64,000 nt of DNA from an uncultured archaeon. GTDB taxonomy: Archaea; Asgardarchaeota; Thorarchaeia; Thorarchaeales; Thorarchaeaceae. Of this stretch, positions 61,584 through 64,000 are shown piece by piece (positions within the stretch are counted from its first letter, which is position 1; each line of letters begins with the position of its first letter). The DNA lies in the NCBI GenBank assembly GCA_964558645.1, contig CAZLEV010000001.1:253568-317567 (forward strand), written 5' to 3'. The notes under the pieces are model-generated. The model saw only the letters and a program-made list of their open reading frames with translations. It ran no database searches and was not told the origin of the DNA. Position numbers and translations under genes: made by a program.

Positions 61584-63008
61584 TTGCTAACACGACTTCA
61601 GAAGATCTACTTCGGGATGGCTCGACTTGGGCCCAGCATCATGCTCGACATGCTCTCGCTTGCAACTACGCTTTTCTACTACTCATTTCAGAATCTTCCA
61701 GGCATCTACACAGGAATGTCACTGGCAATAAGCTATCTTGTTATTGCAGCATCTCAATTCGCGTTCGGATATCTTAGTGACAGGACACCTACAAAGAGAT
61801 GGGGCCGTAGAAAACCCTACGTCATTATCGGTGCGCCACTCATGGCGCTCTCGTTCCTGTTCATCTTCACGCCGCACTGGTTCGTGGCCCAAAGTGACGT
61901 GATTGGGCTATTCATCTATGCAACAGCGACTCTTGCGGTGTTCAAGATGCTCTATGGCATGGTTACAACGCCGTTCCAGTCATGGATGCCCGAACTGACG
62001 GAGCCAGAGGAGCGCCCCTCGGTTTCTCAATGGCAGAACGTGGCAAACTTCTTGGGATTTGTTGTTGGTGTACTAATGACCTCACTGCTTGCCGGACTCT
62101 CTGTAGGATATGGTCTTCCCACCGAGATACTGTTCATGATTATCGCAATCATGGTGATTCAGGTTGTCGGTTTCATCCCATCAGTGGTCAATCTAAAACA
62201 GGAGGGCAAATTCATTCCTCAGCCTAATCTGAAGAAGGATTTGGGAATCGTTTTGGAGAACCGCGATTTTCTTGGTTGGTTACTGGCCCAGGGGCTTCTA
62301 TCTGTCGGCTTTGCAATGGTGACCTCTCTGGCCTTTCCATTTGTGAATGACTACCTAAGCTTTGGAATGCTGGATCTGCTTATCTTCGGAGTCGAGCTCT
62401 TGCTTGTCGTCTTCGTGTTCTTCCTAATCTGGCGCTGGGGAATAAGAAACAAGGGTAAGCGCGTGACTTTGCAGGCTGCAATGCTTCTAGGAGGTATTGC
62501 GCTTCCGTTCACAGTGGTTGTGGCGAGCAAACTCGTTGGTTTCATTCTCATAGCTCTGGTGGCAGCCTCAGTCGCAGGGTACTACCTCTTCCCTTACATA
62601 GTATATGCAGATTTTGCGCATAAGGACGAGATCCTAACAGGTGAGGGTAAGGCTGGCATCTATACTGGCTTTCCGTCTATACCCCTCAACATATCACAGG
62701 CCTTCTCTGCGATGCTCATGGGAGTGATTCTGGATCTCCCAAGGAATCTTCCTGTAGTCGGTAGTCCAGAGCAGTTGGTGACTATGGGGTACATAGTATG
62801 GGGTCCTGTCGCGGGAGTATTCGTGCTGCTATCAGTCCTGGTGTTGTTCAAGGTCGACTTGGACCCAGACTTCGAAGCAATAGCAGCGAGTCAGACGGTG
62901 CTCGCTGTCGACCCAGCTGTGGATGAGGATGTACATGAACCATCTGACGCGGCTCCGATGGAGGAGAATGAAGGTTTCACTGAACAAGGTCTTAGCCGTG
63001 ACGATTGA
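61584..63008 (+). CDS. MFS transporter (GPH/MFS_2-like)
   Basis: GYLSDRT...WGRRKPY; about 12 TM segments. Confidence 0.9.
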   Translation: MLTRLQKIYFGMARLGPSIMLDMLSLATTLFYYSFQNLPGIYTGMSLAISYLVIAASQFAFGYLSDRTPTKRWGRRKPYVIIGAPLMALSFLFIFTPHWFVAQSDVIGLFIYATATLAVFKMLYGMVTTPFQSWMPELTEPEERPSVSQWQNVANFLGFVVGVLMTSLLAGLSVGYGLPTEILFMIIAIMVIQVVGFIPSVVNLKQEGKFIPQPNLKKDLGIVLENRDFLGWLLAQGLLSVGFAMVTSLAFPFVNDYLSFGMLDLLIFGVELLLVVFVFFLIWRWGIRNKGKRVTLQAAMLLGGIALPFTVVVASKLVGFILIALVAASVAGYYLFPYIVYADFAHKDEILTGEGKAGIYTGFPSIPLNISQAFSAMLMGVILDLPRNLPVVGSPEQLVTMGYIVWGPVAGVFVLLSVLVLFKVDLDPDFEAIAASQTVLAVDPAVDEDVHEPSDAAPMEENEGFTEQGLSRDD

Positions 63009-63330
63009 TAGGAGTTACCGCCAACGGTGGCACGTGACCGGTCAACATGCAGGCCATGCTGTCTGGACCCATGATACCCCCGGAGATGAAATACACGGAA
63101 CCGTCGTTGGCGTTCATTTCGATTCATGCATCGCGTGTATGAAGTGTAAAGATGTTTGCCCCGTAGATGTATTCATTGAGATTGTCTATAAGGGGGCCAC
63201 CGTTGTTGACCCCGTGAGTGAAGCTCTCTGCATTTTCTGCCTGGCCTGTGAGGTGGCCTGTCCAACGGAGGCTATATGTGTCCAGAGCGAGGTCGGTTCT
63301 GACGACACGCTTGACGCACTTCTTGGCTAG
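62998..63330 (+). CDS. Zinc-containing dicluster ferredoxin (Zfx-like)
   Basis: QHAGH...IHGTVVGV.FDSCIACMKCKDVCP...DPV...CIFCLACEVACP; GTG start inferred. Confidence 0.85.
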   Translation: MTIDRSYRQRWHVTGQHAGHAVWTHDTPGDEIHGTVVGVHFDSCIACMKCKDVCPVDVFIEIVYKGATVVDPVSEALCIFCLACEVACPTEAICVQSEVGSDDTLDALLG

Positions 63331-63415
63331 GTCCAGTCCGCAAAAAGATCAACGAGAGGAAACGGTAGAGTCTTTATGCCTCTTTGTCCATCAGGTTCAT
63401 TGCGAGGTTAGAAAC

Positions 63416-64000
63416 TTGTTTGATGTCCTGTTAACCGATGAAGAGAAGACGCTTCGTGATGAGGTTCGTGCATTCGTTAGAGACGACATTGACGCAGAGC
63501 TACTTGTGTTGATGGATGGAAAGGAGAAGGAGTATCCCTACGAGTTCATCAAAGCTGCTGCTGAGAAGAACCTGCTTGGTCTTCGATTTCCGAAGGAATA
63601 TGGTGGTCGTGGTCTTGGCTGGGTCTCTGAGATGCTTGCTATTGAAGAGATAGGAGTATTGGGAATAGCGCTGGGTTGTGCCTATTCACTACCTAGCATT
63701 GTGGGAGAGAGTATCAATAGGTTCGGAACCGAGAAACAGAAGAAGGAATACCTTAAGCCCACTCTCGAGGGCAAGCTGATCTGTGGTGAGGGACTCACTG
63801 AACCCCGTGGTGGCAGCGATTTCTTTGGAACTAACACCACCGCCAAGAAGGAAGGTGACGCATTCGTCATCAATGGGCAGAAGAGGTTCGTTGCCGGGGG
63901 CGTTGGTGCTGATTATTTCATCATCTACGCCAAGACTGACTTCGATGCGCCTCCACACAAGTCGCTCAGTGCATTTCTTGTAGATCGAGGTATGGGGGTT
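63416..64000 (+). CDS. Acyl-CoA dehydrogenase; runs off the window edge
   Basis: Manual translation: PKEYGGRG...QKKEYL...GLTEPRGGSD...INGQKRFV. Confidence 0.93.
   Translation, partial: MFDVLLTDEEKTLRDEVRAFVRDDIDAELLVLMDGKEKEYPYEFIKAAAEKNLLGLRFPKEYGGRGLGWVSEMLAIEEIGVLGIALGCAYSLPSIVGESINRFGTEKQKKEYLKPTLEGKLICGEGLTEPRGGSDFFGTNTTAKKEGDAFVINGQKRFVAGGVGADYFIIYAKTDFDAPPHKSLSAFLVDRGMGV

Overview
Archaeal DNA, most likely from an Asgard archaeon (Thorarchaeia-like). This is inferred from two Rab-like GTPases, a longin-like protein, many archaeal-type PAS histidine kinases and DUF3795 proteins. I found no rRNA, tRNA, CRISPR array or clear mobile element. 0-11.5 kb is signalling-rich: a REC-PAS protein, rubredoxin, an interrupted radical-SAM-like gene, a longin-like protein, three histidine kinases and a CheY-like receiver. 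30.6-64 kb is mostly ordinary metabolic and transport genes, plus a secreted CUB-PPC-PPC-caspase-fold protease and a Zn-ferredoxin homologue. The most notable part is 11.9-28.5 kb. It carries about 13 copies of a 14-bp palindrome (consensus CCGTCA-NN-TGACRG), usually ending 7-8 nt upstream of a TATA-like element. It also has two paralogous Cys/His-rich HTH_10 (Bat/NarO/DmsR-type) regulator genes with paired sites over their own promoters and start codons. Together these look like a self-contained, autoregulated regulon. Two GNAT paralogs in this region also share a ~220-nt leader with a covarying hairpin, and the left-hand GNAT and regulator copies are decaying.
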